Positions 21,945 to 33,628 of a DNA stretch of 33,628 bases are shown one piece after another. Below the pieces are notes generated by a model. The model was not told the origin of the DNA, did not search any database, and saw only the letters and a list, made by a program, of their open reading frames with translations. The first letter of the stretch is position 1. Every line of letters starts with the position of its first letter. Source of the DNA: Octopus bimaculoides (lineage: Eukaryota). The position numbers and the translations under genes were made by a program. The stretch is from contig NC_068987.1 of assembly GCF_001194135.2 (NCBI RefSeq), positions 16,569,415 to 16,603,042 of the forward strand, given 5' to 3'.

Positions 21945-22530
21945 GGGATCTTTTTTAAAACGGGGGCCACATTTTTCATTAATGTTTTACGTAGTGTTTT
22001 TGGTACCGAAAGACTTTCAAACTTCGTATACTTATCTATTTTGTGTTATAGAACAGAAAAATATTTTTGTATTCGAATTTATTTCATGTAAAAAATTGTC
22101 TTATTTCGATAATTTCAACCAATCACTGACGTCCATTCAGCCGATATACATTAAGTGCCGACTACATAAACAAACGATTCTTCGTTTTATTTGCTTTTTT
22201 CATCTTAAATTTGCTTTAACCCTAACCCTAACCCTAACCCTAACCCTAGGGTTAGGTTTAGGGTTAGAGTTAGAGTTAGGGTTAGGGTTAATTGTTTCAG
22301 AATCGTTTGTTTATGTAGTCGGCACTTAATGTATATCGGCTGAATGGACGTCAGTGATTGGTTGAAATTACAAAAATACGACAACTTTAACATGGAATAA
22401 TTTATGGATTTCTTTTTTTTTTAAGAAGACTAAGAGAAAAAGATGTTTTATATGACACATTCTACCAGTGTTCCAAGTTTCAAAGTGTTTCGTTAATGAA
22501 AAATGTGGCCCCCGTTTTAAAAAAGATCCC
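21945..22530. mobile_element. Fold-back non-autonomous DNA element with a central telomeric-repeat palindrome
   Basis: Perfect 38-bp outer inverted repeats (21945-21982, 22493-22530) and perfect 72-bp inner inverted repeats (22110-22181, 22299-22370). Flanking direct repeat ATACTT at 21939-21944 and 22531-22536. Confidence 0.9.
22217..22290. repeat. Interstitial telomeric repeat, (TAACCC)5 followed by about 7 TTAGGG-like units
   Basis: Read directly from the sequence; symmetry axis at CCT|AGG (22247/22248). Confidence 0.95.
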
Positions 22531-22879
22531 ATACTTGTACACACTGTCGGTAGAACAGTTACTGCAATGGTTTTCCTGAAGAAATATAACTCTATATTGT
22601 TTGAAGGTTATAGGATAATTATTTTATTTATCTATTTTCGTTTTCAGATGAGGAATTAAAGTGTATGGCCAGGTAAAAAAAAAAAACCGTGTTGCAATGC
22701 GGTTACGTGATGTGAGCTTGAGTTTTGTAAAGGACGTACGACTCGTCGACCCAGATTTAGATAATTTTAAAATTTGATACATGCGTCTAATGAGTAATAG
22801 TGACAGAATATTTTCTCTGTTACGCTGTTACGCAAGTCATATAGCGTTTACGGTGTCGTTAAAGGGTGTACATACATAA

Positions 22880-22910
<31 letters not shown>

Positions 22911-22923
22911 GTGTATGTATGTA

Positions 22924-23268
22924 TCTTATATATAAATGGCAATTTCTGTCTTTCCGCATGTTACCATCTTACTGCCGAAACCAGCGAACCAATCTTCCTC
23001 AAACTTTGTATACATGTTAAACTAACATCAAGTTCAATAATAGGCTAATTGGATTTCAATAAAAATCTATAATATGTTCCCTAGTGGGGTTGGGCGAATT
23101 ATATGATAAAATGAGAAGAGTTCAAAGAGTATTAGTATGAAGGAAATATGGTGACAGAGTGAGGGTGACTGATATATAATGGGAGACAGGATTGTCTAAG
23201 CGACAAATATAGAATGGCAATGACATGTAGCGTTAATACAGCTGCAATATACACGTCACGCTGCATAG
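22924..23268 (+). mobile_element. Possible non-autonomous Helitron-like element
   Basis: Starts A|TCTTATATATAAATGGC...GAACCAATCTTCCTCAAACTTTG, which resembles 5' ends of short Helitrons. An imperfect 3' inverted repeat ATGTAGCGT...ACGCTGCAT is followed by ATAG rather than the canonical CTRR. Confidence 0.35.
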
Positions 23269-23321
23269 ATAATTTCGTAAATACATAGACACACACAAAA
23301 ATACACACGCACACAAACACC

Positions 23322-23618
23322 GCTTCCGTCCATGCTATATTCGCCAGGTTTAGCACCTGCGGACTTCCATCTCTTCACCATAATGAAAATGTAGCTCAAA
23401 GACCATCGTTTTAACACCGTTGTAGATAGAGATCAAGAGCGAATCGCAGAAGGTCTTCGGTTTGCCTACGGAAAAACGATTTCCAGGCCGGATTCCAAAA
23501 ATGGCAGGAACGTTGGGACCGGTGGCTATTTCGAAGGAGATTATGTTAAAACTTTGGTAAATAAGTTATTTTTTTATTAAACATAACTATTCCGGGAACT
23601 CTTTGATACTACATCGTA
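23322..23618 (+). mobile_element. Mariner (Tc1/mariner) 3' remnant: transposase C-terminus plus terminal inverted repeat
   Basis: YSPGLAPADFHLF (23338-23376) matches the mariner YSPDLAPxD motif. DFQAGFQKWQERWDR (23478-23522) and GGYFEGD (23521-23541) follow in shifted frames with a stop codon. A terminal ATTCCGGGAACTCTTTGATACTACATCGTA ends in TA. Confidence 0.88.
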
Positions 23619-24081
23619 ATGTGGGCGGAACATTATAAGAACTCTGTCCGTCGGAGGATGGGGTAGGTTATATATAAAGTATACATAGCTTTATATTATT
23701 ATACGAGATTCAGTAACAACTGTTCTGTTGGTAATGGAAAGACCGTTACTAATTTTAACAGACTTTATTTTTCTCTCTCTCGTCTTTGACAAACTAGTTC
23801 ATTTAACATTTGAAGCTTGGTAAATATTTGTAAAAGGAAAGCGAATAGCTATATTCTATAGCTTGTAATTAAAACTAAGAGTGGGTGTAAATTATTTTAT
23901 TAGCTATTTTTCTTTCTTTTTTTCTCTTTTTGTTAATTTCACAGCCAATATGTACTATACAAATGTATTAGAAAACTCGTTTACAGTACAAATTCCAGAT
24001 GTTTTCGAATAAGATTTACAAGTATTACTTAGGTCTGTTTCTTTCTCTCCTTTCTCTTTTACTCTTTCTTTCTGCCTCTAT

Positions 24082-24098
24082 CACACACACACACACAC

Positions 24099-24152
<54 letters not shown>
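24082..24152. repeat. (CA)n microsatellite running into N-gap 24153-24359
   Basis: Read directly from the sequence. Confidence 0.95.
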
Positions 24153-25334
24153 NNNNNNNNNNNNNNNNNNNNNNNNNNNNNNNNNNNNNNNNNNNNNNNN
24201 NNNNNNNNNNNNNNNNNNNNNNNNNNNNNNNNNNNNNNNNNNNNNNNNNNNNNNNNNNNNNNNNNNNNNNNNNNNNNNNNNNNNNNNNNNNNNNNNNNNN
24301 NNNNNNNNNNNNNNNNNNNNNNNNNNNNNNNNNNNNNNNNNNNNNNNNNNNNNNNNNNNTATATTATTTATATTAAGGGCATTACTATACATAAATGCCC
24401 CACACGATGTAGATGTGTCTCCTCAGGTGATTTCGGTGATTTCAAGAGGTGTGTCGTTAAAATAAACTTTGTTTCGCAAGGTTTCTTTTTGGTCTTCGTA
24501 TATATAAAGGTATTGCAGCTTCATACTTATACAAGATCCGTAATAAATATCATATCTTGGATATAAAATACGCCTGATAGAAAGAAGCTTTACTTTTATT
24601 TTACATAATATGCCATCAATGCAGATTAGGCTAGGCACTTGAAGTGAGTAAAAAGACAGAGAAAAACATAGAAAGCATAGACTAACTTCAGTTGGGCCCG
24701 TACAATAATGTTTTGTTAAACAGTGTATTGATATTTTATTTCAATAAATTTATCCTATTACCTATTCAGAGACAGTAGTTTTATCACTTATGAATATAAC
24801 CGACAGACGTCTCAACTTTGTTCAAACACCATACAGCATACATCTTTATATATACATTGATTAATTTATTCCAATAGCCTAAATGGAAAACCAATTCCAA
24901 TGTAGCTGTTCGATCTGGGATGAAACAAACAAGAGTAACAACAGATTTGGACATACCTTAAGTTAAACAACACCACAAGCTAGTTAAGTCGAGGCTAGTG
25001 AAAAAGCTGTTGACGTCATCATGCAATCTGTCCATTAGGACAACACAGTTTCTCTCAATTTGTCTTCCAGCAAAACCTTATCTTAAAATCAGGACTTCAT
25101 GGTTTTTAAGTATTCAAATGGAGAATTGATTCGTTGTCAGAGGCGGTGCTCTTTGGTTCTGATTCTGCTAAATATCAACAGAATGTGAAGACAGTATTGT
25201 GAGAGACAGGAGGCAGATATCAACAAAACTACAAGTGAGAAGCAGCAAGTAAGATAACTTTACCAGAAATCGAAACCGCATCGGAAACATTTTTTTAGAG
25301 TTTACCACTATTCTACTGCAGAGATCAATCTTAG

Positions 25335-25484
25335 GACAGCATTATTTACCTGACTACCGTCATTAATGTTCCGAGTTCAAAGTCCGACGAGGCCGACTTT
25401 GCCTTTCATTCTTTCGGGATCAAGAAGATAAGTATCAGTGAAGCGCTGGGGTCGATGTAATCGACTTACCCCGCCTCGAAATTG
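25335..25484 (+). mobile_element. SINE family C partial copy
   Basis: GTTCCGAGTTCAAAGTCCGACGAGGCCGACTTTGCCTTTCATTCTTTCGGG...GGGGTCGATGTAATCGACTT. Confidence 0.8.
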
Positions 25485-25866
25485 TTATGTTTATTATTGT
25501 TATTTTCTTTTAACCTGTATATTTGTTGCAATCACTTGCCAAGACACACCCAGCGTCATAGGGCGAATGACGGATAAGAGATGTTATAGTATGACTGAAA
25601 GCTTGGGGAGGGGAAGTGGCAGGAGCAACAGCAAAATATCTTCATGTAATACATAACAGACATTTAAATTGATAGAGCGTATTACAAACTATTTTGAAGA
25701 TTTGTTCCATCTCCTTAAGATCTGAATCAGAAACCTGGTGAGGTCAAGTTTAACCTTCATTCTACCGGGGACGATAAAATAAGCTACAGAATTAATGTTA
25801 ATCAACTATTCTCCTCACACCAACGTTTATAATCATGTTCTCCATAATATTTCACGTAGTAGAAGT

Positions 25867-26254
25867 TGTTGTTGTTGACACTCCGTCGCTTACGACGTCG
25901 AGGGTTCCAGTCGATCCGATCAACGGAACAGCCTGCTCGTGAAATTAACGTGCAAGTGGCTGAGCACTCCACAGACACGTGTACCCTTAACGTAGTTCTC
26001 AGGGATATTCAGCATGACACAGTGTGACAAAGCTGACCCTTTAAATTACAGGCACAACAGAAACAGGAAGTAAGAGTGAGAGAAAGTTGTGGTGAAAGAG
26101 TACAGCAGGGTTCGCCACCATCCCCTGCCGGAGCCTCGTGGAGCTTTAGGTGTCTTCGCTCAATAAACACTCACAACACCCGGTTTGAGAATCGAAACTG
26201 CGATCCTATGACCGCTAGTCCGCTGCCCTAACCACTGGGCCATTGCGCCTCCAC
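25867..26254 (-). mobile_element. SINE family B, copy 3
   Basis: Near-identical to the other B copies. 11-bp TSD GTAGT(A/C)GAAGT at 25856-25866 and 26255-26265. Confidence 0.93.
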
Positions 26255-28832
26255 GTAGTCGAAGTAGTTAAAACAAAACAAAACAATGCAATATTTCACT
26301 TCTTCCCACTATATTCTGATGTCCTACATAATTTCATATTTAATTTCACATTGGTCTTTAACCTTCAAAGGTTATGACTATTTAAGCCCTAATAGAAAAC
26401 AACCGTGATCAAAGGCTTTCCAGTTGTAACCATTCGAGTTTCTTAAAACTCCTGAATTACATACCTTAATGTACTCTTCTATGTTTAAAGCGATAGAGAG
26501 TAATTTTCAATGAGGTTTAAATCATATTTCTAGCTTATTTTATCGTCCGTGTTGATGATTCTACGTTAAATGAATTCTTTCAGGTTTGAAAGAACTCGGA
26601 GCTTGTCATATAGCATTTCAATAAATTTTGTTTTGTTATATATTAAAACAACAACGATTAAACTGTATGATTGTTTGTAAAAGAATTTAGTTTACTCTGT
26701 AAACATGAATAAAATAACAGTTTTATACTCCATAAAATATTTTATTCTAATCATAACTAATTTAAATCCAATTAAAACAATGCAATGAATTTCCAACTCA
26801 AAATATCGGTTATTTTGAAATCTTCATCTATCCAAACTTAATTAGGAGACTGATTCAAAATAAGAGAGCTTGCCAGCAGCCAACCTCTAATTAGCTTTTA
26901 ATCTCAAATTAAACGAAACATTAAAAAAGCAAAACAAAACAACAAATGACAATTCATTCTCGGAAAACTATGGAGAAAATTAGTGACAAATCAAAAGTTG
27001 ATAGGACTGAAAATATTGAAGGAGGAGTAAAAGCAATGTGTATTATCTCGAGATACCTGATATAACGTAGAACCTAAGATTCAAACAATTGCTTGCTAAA
27101 GTACGTTACAAGGGTTTCAATAATAAGGGATATGTTACATGATAATGATAATAAGAATAGCATCAATTATAATAATAAAATGGGAATAATTATATATATA
27201 CAAACGTACGTATACGAGTCAAGGTAAACGCCTGTATAACTGTTTGGCTTATAAGATATAGGAGTCAAACATCACACACAAGTTGCAATGTGAGGCAAAT
27301 GTGGAAACAAAAATCGATAGTAAATCTAAGATAGTGAAATATTTTCGCCCTGTTATATTCTCGTTTAGGGAAATTTTTCTAATTATGAAAAATCAGATAT
27401 TCAAAAAGAGAAAGAAAAGAAAATGGAAATCTAACAAATGAAACAGAAGAATAATCACAAAATTATCGGAGTGGAATCATACCAGTGTCTCTTTAATCTT
27501 ATGATTGGTTAAGATAATTTGTCTGCATAATGAATTTGGGCTGACCGAAGTTAAAACGCCAACGTCGGCCATCATACACTTTCAATTTTCTTCAAACGAG
27601 GGCGCGTGCTAAACACGCACATGTTATCCAAATGCGTACATATATACAAACACTCACGCAAAGATCCNNNNNNNNNNATGTATAATAATTTTATTGGCTT
27701 CTTTAAACAAAGTATGTAAATGCATCATACATTCATCATTCACTCATCAACAATAAAGCTTCATCACAGAAACCGCTTCGCTTTCCTATGTGTGGTTTAT
27801 AAACATGGATATTGGAGCCTTGAGCACATTGCGTGTTTTTTCCCGGAAATAAGGGTAAATATCAATGAATAGATGTATGTGTAACTCATATTCTGACATT
27901 TTCGGCATGCAATAAAATCCCAATGTATTGTTGGCTTTTAATATTTCGCTGATTTTCCAAACAATACTGTCATGCTGTTTCCCTGCTTCAATCATTCGAA
28001 AAATCAAAAACAGTTCAAACTGCTGAAGTACTCGATTTTATGAATTGAGGTCTTTCTGGTTTGTAAACACAAATGTGTCCATTTACCAATATATATATAT
28101 ATATATATATANNNNNNNNNNNNNNNNNNNNNNNNNNNNNNNNNNNNNNNNNNNNNNNNNNNNNNNNNNNNNNNNNNNNNNNNNNNNNNNNNNNNNNNNN
28201 NNNNNNNNNNNNNNNNNNNNNNNNNNNNNNNNNNNNNNNNNNNNNNNNNNNNNNNNNNNNNNNNNNNNNNNNNNNNNNNNNNNNNNNNNNNNNNNNNNNN
28301 NNNNNNNNNNNNNNNNNNNNNNNNNNNNNNNNNNNNNNNNNNNNNNNNNNNNNNNNNNNNNNNNNNNNNNNNNNNNNNNNNNNNNNNNNNNNNNNNNNNN
28401 NNNNNNNNNNNNNNNNNNNNNNNNNNNNNNNNNNNNNNNNNNNNNNNNNNNNNNNNNNNNNNNNNNNNNNNNNNNNNNNNNNNNNNNNNNNNNNNNNNNN
28501 NNNNNNNNNNNNNNNNNNNNNNNNNNNNNNNNNNNNNNNNNNNNNNNNNNNNNNNNNNNNNNNNNNNNNNNNNNNNNNNNNNNNNNNNNNNNNNNNNNNN
28601 NNNNNNNNNNNNNNNNNNNNNNNNNNNNNNNNNNNNNNNNNNNNNNNNNNNNNNNNNNNNNNNNNNNNNNNNNNNNNNNNNNNNNNNNNNNNNNNNNNNN
28701 NNNNNNNNNNNNNNNNNNNNNNNNNNNNNNNNNNNNNNNNNNNNNNNNNNNNNNNNNNNNNNNNNNNNNNNNNNNNNNNNNNNNNNNNNNNNNNNNNNNN
28801 NNNNNNNNNNNNNNNNNNNNNNNNNNNNNNNN

Positions 28833-28858
28833 CGCTGCCGCTGCCGCCGCCGCTGCTG

Positions 28859-28908
<50 letters not shown>

Positions 28909-28930
28909 GATGATGATTGTAATAATAATT
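28833..28930. repeat. Compound trinucleotide repeat (GCC/GCT)(ACT)n(GAT)(AAT) after N-gap 28112-28832
   Basis: Read directly from the sequence. Confidence 0.9.
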
Positions 28931-30429
28931 GCATACATCCACACGTTACAAGTTCAAGAAGTGTCTCAATTGTCACTCGATTTTTTGTTAGACATAGCAG
29001 TCATATGTCAATCAAATCACACTCTAATGTCTTAAAAAAGAGGGGATGGATTTATCAAATTAACACACACACACATACACGCACGCACAAATATGCATTA
29101 TGTGTGTGTGTATGCGTGCGTGTTTAGTGAGAGTTGAGTGAAGTTTTAGCTTTAGGCGATGCAGATGTCGTAAATCCTGTAACATCAGTGAAAATTTTCG
29201 ATTTAAGACACGATCAAATTGACGTATAATAATAATAATATTCTGACACGAGTGACGCGGAAGTCATTCTGAAATGAAAGTTTGTTTTTTTCCAAGATAA
29301 ACAGCCATTTTAAAAATCAAACTCTCTCTATATAAGCTGGAATGAATTGGCAAATATAGGTTTTGAGAACGAAATCAATTAAGAGATTCTTCCTGTTTCA
29401 CAGGCTGTTTAATCCAACCCTGCCCAAAATTCAAAACCAAAGCAAAAAACAAACAAACAAACAAACAGACAAAAAGAAACAAACAATCCAGTGCTTAAAT
29501 ACACTAACCCACTTATTCATATACGCAGACATTGATGTATGTATATGTGTGGACGTGACACACTTCGCCGTCGTCGCTAAGCTCTGAAACGTCTGTGATA
29601 TTCAATAATAAAGTCTCTTGTCTGATAATGACTTTGAAACATATGTTGCAATCTCGATACAAGTCAGATTGAAAATTTAACACAACGTCATTTTATGGTG
29701 TTTTGGTTGCTGTTTAAGTGTTAGGTATGTATAATAAAAGCTGGACTGAGTCCAAATAAAGGATTTGTAGCTGGATGCAAATTTCCAGAAATAGGCAAAA
29801 ATGTTGTTAGTCTGTAGTGAATTTATTATGAAGATTAAGATATTTCAGTAACATTCGCTAGAGAGGAAGCTAGATAAGCTATTTTGGAATTAATTCAAAC
29901 GTAATTATAAGTGAACTAATTTTAAATGCGTAGAGCGCTCTCTTTCTCATTTATTTATTTATTTATTTAAAAGCACATTAAGCAACGCTGCTGAGAAAGT
30001 AGAAGGTCACGCATACTTAATGGATGGAGACCAACAGGATACTTGTATTCAAGGGTAGCTAATTATGTATTTATAGTACAATAACACGTTAACATTAAAG
30101 TACGAGAGAAAATCTCATGGCAAATTTGAAACTTTCCAGTTAGAACGAATTCTTAATGTTTCACATATAATAATGTAACAGCCCGAGGTCAGTAGGTTAG
30201 AACAAGGATTACAAGGCCAGATTTGTAATTATTTTCTGAAGCTCTATTTTTTTTTTGTTATTTAAAGCTAATTACTATGCTGTGTATGCCTAAGTTACAC
30301 AACTTGGTCTACACTTAAATATCAACATGCATGCACACAATTGTATATATATATATATGTATGTATCTTCGTTAAAATATTATAAATCAGAAGAAGAGCA
30401 TACTGTATAAAAAATATAGAGCATATATT

Positions 30430-30707
30430 TATTTGTGTATGTGTAACGTAAGTTTAGAAAAAAACCCATTGCTTTCATATTTAGCGTGAAGTAGACATCT
30501 CTTCAGTTTCTCTAAACAGTAACTGTTCTCTGCAAAGAATGTTTGTTTTAAAACACAAGAACGCCGGTGATAGTTCAAGAAGTAATCCTCTTTAAAAATA
30601 TGGCCGGGCGAGTTGTCTTCCTTCGCTTGATAGCTAGGTTTTCCAATTTTGAAGTAAAAATTTCCAATGGTTTTTTTTTCTAAACTTACGTTATACATAC
30701 ACAAATA
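30430..30707. mobile_element. MITE-like element with inverted repeats of about 42 bp
   Basis: 30430-30471 (TATTTGTGTATGTGTAACGTAAGTTTAGAAAAAAACCCATTG) is the reverse complement of 30665-30707 apart from two mismatches and one indel. Confidence 0.65.
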
Positions 30708-31504
30708 TATATATAAATATATATATANNNNNNNNNNNNNNNNNNNNNNNNNNNNNNNNNNNNNNNNNNNNNNNNNNNNNNNNNNNNNNNNNNNNNNNNN
30801 NNNNNNNNNNNNNNNNNNNNNNNNNNNNNNNNNNNNNNNNNNNNNNNNNNNNNNNNNNNNNNNNNNNNNNNNNNNNNNNNNNNNNNNNNNNNNNNNNNNN
30901 NNNNNNNNNNNNNNNNNNNNNNNNNNNNNNNNNNNNNNNNNNNNNNNNNNNNNNNNNNNNNNNNNNNNNNNNNNNNNNNNNNNNNNNNNNNNNNNNNNNN
31001 NNNNNNNNNNNNNNNNNNNNNNNNNNNNNNNNNNNNNNNNNNNNNNNNNTATATATATATATATATATATATGCGCGTGTGTGTCTGTGTGTGTGTATGT
31101 ATGTATGCATGGATGTATTTCTATTTTCAAATCTTGTATATGGTAGTCACAATGAGAAAAAATATAGATTGTAATGCTTCTATCGAATACTTCCAAATAG
31201 GAGCATGGTTTAAATGCTCAATTCTTCACCCGAGAATCCATTTGCTCTAAATATTCTCCTTGGCATAGATTTACACAGTTGATCTATTACCTCAAAGTTC
31301 ATTACATATAAAGTCTCGCTTTTATTTTATGGATATGTTAAGCCCTGTTTAATAGTTGATTTGTAGCATGGAAGCTCATTTCGGTAAATTCACTCTTGTC
31401 TTAGATTTATTATCTACATTTATAATATAGATATATTAAGCGCAGTTTATATAATTTGATTTCTCAGCTGAAAGACCGAAAGTCTCTCTCTGGTATAAAT
31501 TTAT

Positions 31505-31730
31505 CTTTCATCCTGTTTCAATCATTAGACAGCAGTCATGTTGTGGCACCGCATGGAAGAATTTCTAGTTGAATGAAGCGACCCCAGGATTTATTTTTTA
31601 AAGCTTGTTACTATTTTATCGCCACCTTTTTGCCGAACCGCTAAGTTACGGGTATGTAAACACACTAACACCGGTTGTTAAGCGATGGTGGAGACAAACA
31701 CAGACCACAAAGACACTCACTGACACACTG

Positions 31731-31775
<45 letters not shown>

Positions 31776-31915
31776 TATATCAGCTTCTTTTCAGTTTCCG
31801 TCAACCAAATCTACTGAAAGGCTTTGGCCGGCCCGAGACTATAGTGGAAAGCACTAGCGGAAGGTGTCACGCAGTGATACTGAACCCGGAACCATGTGGT
31901 TGGGATGCAAAGCCT
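31505..31915 (-). mobile_element. SINE family D copy
   Basis: TTTGCCGAACCGCTAAGTTACGG...(CA)n...TTCAGTTTCCGTCAACCAAATC...GAACCCGGAACCATGTGGTTG is the reverse complement of 14790-15125. Confidence 0.85.
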
Positions 31916-32184
31916 CAGATGATTTTGCTCAGCAATGATATGAAAAACGTATTGTTTTGTAAATCATTGGGTTGGGTTGTTGAGTTTAGAAATAAATGCT
32001 TAATCCTGTCCTGATTAAAGGTAGATAGTTTTGGGAGGATTTGAACATAATACTGCCAACCATCAAAAGAAGTAATTAGCAATATTTCACAACCGTATTT
32101 CACCGCAAGGATTCTCAATATACAGAGTCTCTCTTCTCAACTAAATAAACTCAGTTTGTGTGACTTTTTAGAATCTCTACTGAA

Positions 32185-32330
32185 AGTATATGACCTTGAG
32201 GCTAGGTTGATCAACATAAGAACGTCGGACTGTGATTTCACCTTTTAAAGTGAGCGACACATTGTGCCCTTGATCAAGGCGCTTTATTTCCTGTTGCACG
32301 AGTTTACGCAGCTGCAGTAGGTACCACCTG
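32185..32330 (+). mobile_element. Degenerate A-like tRNA SINE fragment
   Basis: ATTGTGCCCTTGATCAAGGCGCTTTATTTCCTGTTGCACGAGTTTACGCAGCTG resembles the family A central domain. Confidence 0.5.
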
Positions 32331-33009
32331 ATATCTGGTATATCTCTCTCTCCTTCTAGACTCCAGATATCACATCCTGGATAGTCTGAGAGATGAAAGG
32401 TCAGTATACAGAGAGGAAGTCTATGATTGATCACAAAACAATTAAAGAAAGCATAGCGCATACTTACCAAGCTATACTCACTTCGAGCGACGGCTAGCTG
32501 TACTTTAATATCGTTGCCAGAAACACAACAATGCTTCGATGATAGGAAAGGAGTCTATCATTTTTTTTTCTATTTATTTTATGTATTTACTGCGATTAGC
32601 ATTATTGTCTCAGCAACAGAATTTACATTTTTAGATTCACTTGTGCCATTTTGCTGACAATAACATCTGTTAATTCACAGCCAAGTTTTCCTCCAGCTAT
32701 AGTTAAAGGAAGCGTCATAAGTTGAAAAAGAAGTTATTTTCGTCTGCTTCAGTATACGCTGGAGAGAGAGGCGTCACCATTTCCAATGCATATTTTTCAT
32801 TCAATTTTACAAACATGAAATAGCATATATTTTCGGTTCAACTCTTAATTTGGTGAAATTTTCTTTTATTATTATTACTTCAGTAATGATAAAATAATGA
32901 ACAGCCACATTATTGACTTTACCAATTACCGTACATTAACTCTCTCTGTACGGAGAGCACGCACGCAAACACACAAAAAACACACACAGACACATTAAAG
33001 TGACGGAAA

Positions 33010-33109
33010 CATATCTTGCAGAATTTCGTTAAGTCTCTTTGTGTTCTAAGTCCAAATCTCATCGGAGTTGACTTTACCGTTCATATCCACCTAGTCGATA
33101 AAATGAAGT

Positions 33110-33110
<1 letters not shown>
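33010..33110 (+). mobile_element. Degenerate SINE family C fragment
   Basis: GTTCTAAGTCCAAATCTCATCGGAGTTGACTTTACCGTTCAT...GTCGATAAAAT. Confidence 0.55.
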
Positions 33111-33156
<46 letters not shown>

Positions 33157-33363
33157 TCACAAAAACAGAAACTCACATATATGTATGTTGGAACGGGCAT
33201 ATACCAACAAAATCACACGTTCTGATTATGTTTTCTGTTTTATTACAAATTAATTGAATAAGCAACCAGGTGATCAGTTTGCTAATCGATTAGTGTGTCA
33301 AAGTCCTTTCATCAATCTGCCACCTTGTCTATAATAATGTGTCCCCCTTTCCCCAATACAAAA

Positions 33364-33402
<39 letters not shown>

Positions 33403-33524
33403 TTAGGGAAAATAACCAAGTTTCAAGAACTCATCGATGAAAATCCACTATCACATATAGAAAAATTAATAATTAAAAGCACAATAAATGAGTATAATAT
33501 AAAGTAAAGTAAATATCATAAGAT

Positions 33525-33535
33525 AAATATTATTA

Positions 33536-33601
<66 letters not shown>

Positions 33602-33628
33602 TATATTATATTATATTATATTATAATT
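33525..33628. repeat. (TAT)n then (TATAT)n microsatellite
   Basis: Read directly from the sequence. Confidence 0.93.

Noticed and set aside
22217-22290. Ancestral telomere-telomere fusion scar
   Set aside because: The order is (CCCTAA)n then (TTAGGG)n, the opposite of a fusion. The array is short and sits inside an element with inverted repeats and a TSD.
21943-22393. ORFs 21943-22329 (+) and 22205-22393 (-) with LTLTLT/GLGLGL runs
   Set aside because: They are read-through of the telomeric palindrome.

Overview
AT-rich, repeat-dense eukaryotic genomic DNA with seven N-gaps. The SINE repertoire, the RTE LINE and the microsatellite load suggest a coleoid cephalopod, probably Octopus (inference, no search run). 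No full protein-coding gene is visible. A possible host-gene 3' end lies at 266-363 plus 1971-2018, and the rest looks intronic or intergenic. The window holds at least four tRNA-derived SINE families (labelled A-D here), several with target-site duplications (TSDs) and nested insertions. It also holds a 5'-truncated RTE LINE with three C-terminal C2H2 fingers and a 12-bp TSD, a mariner transposase remnant, and two MITEs. The two most notable structures are a complete type I hammerhead ribozyme fold on the minus strand (5139-5195) and a 586-bp fold-back element built around a (CCCTAA)n/(TTAGGG)n telomeric palindrome (21945-22530). Most ORFs in the supplied track are microsatellite or N-gap artefacts.
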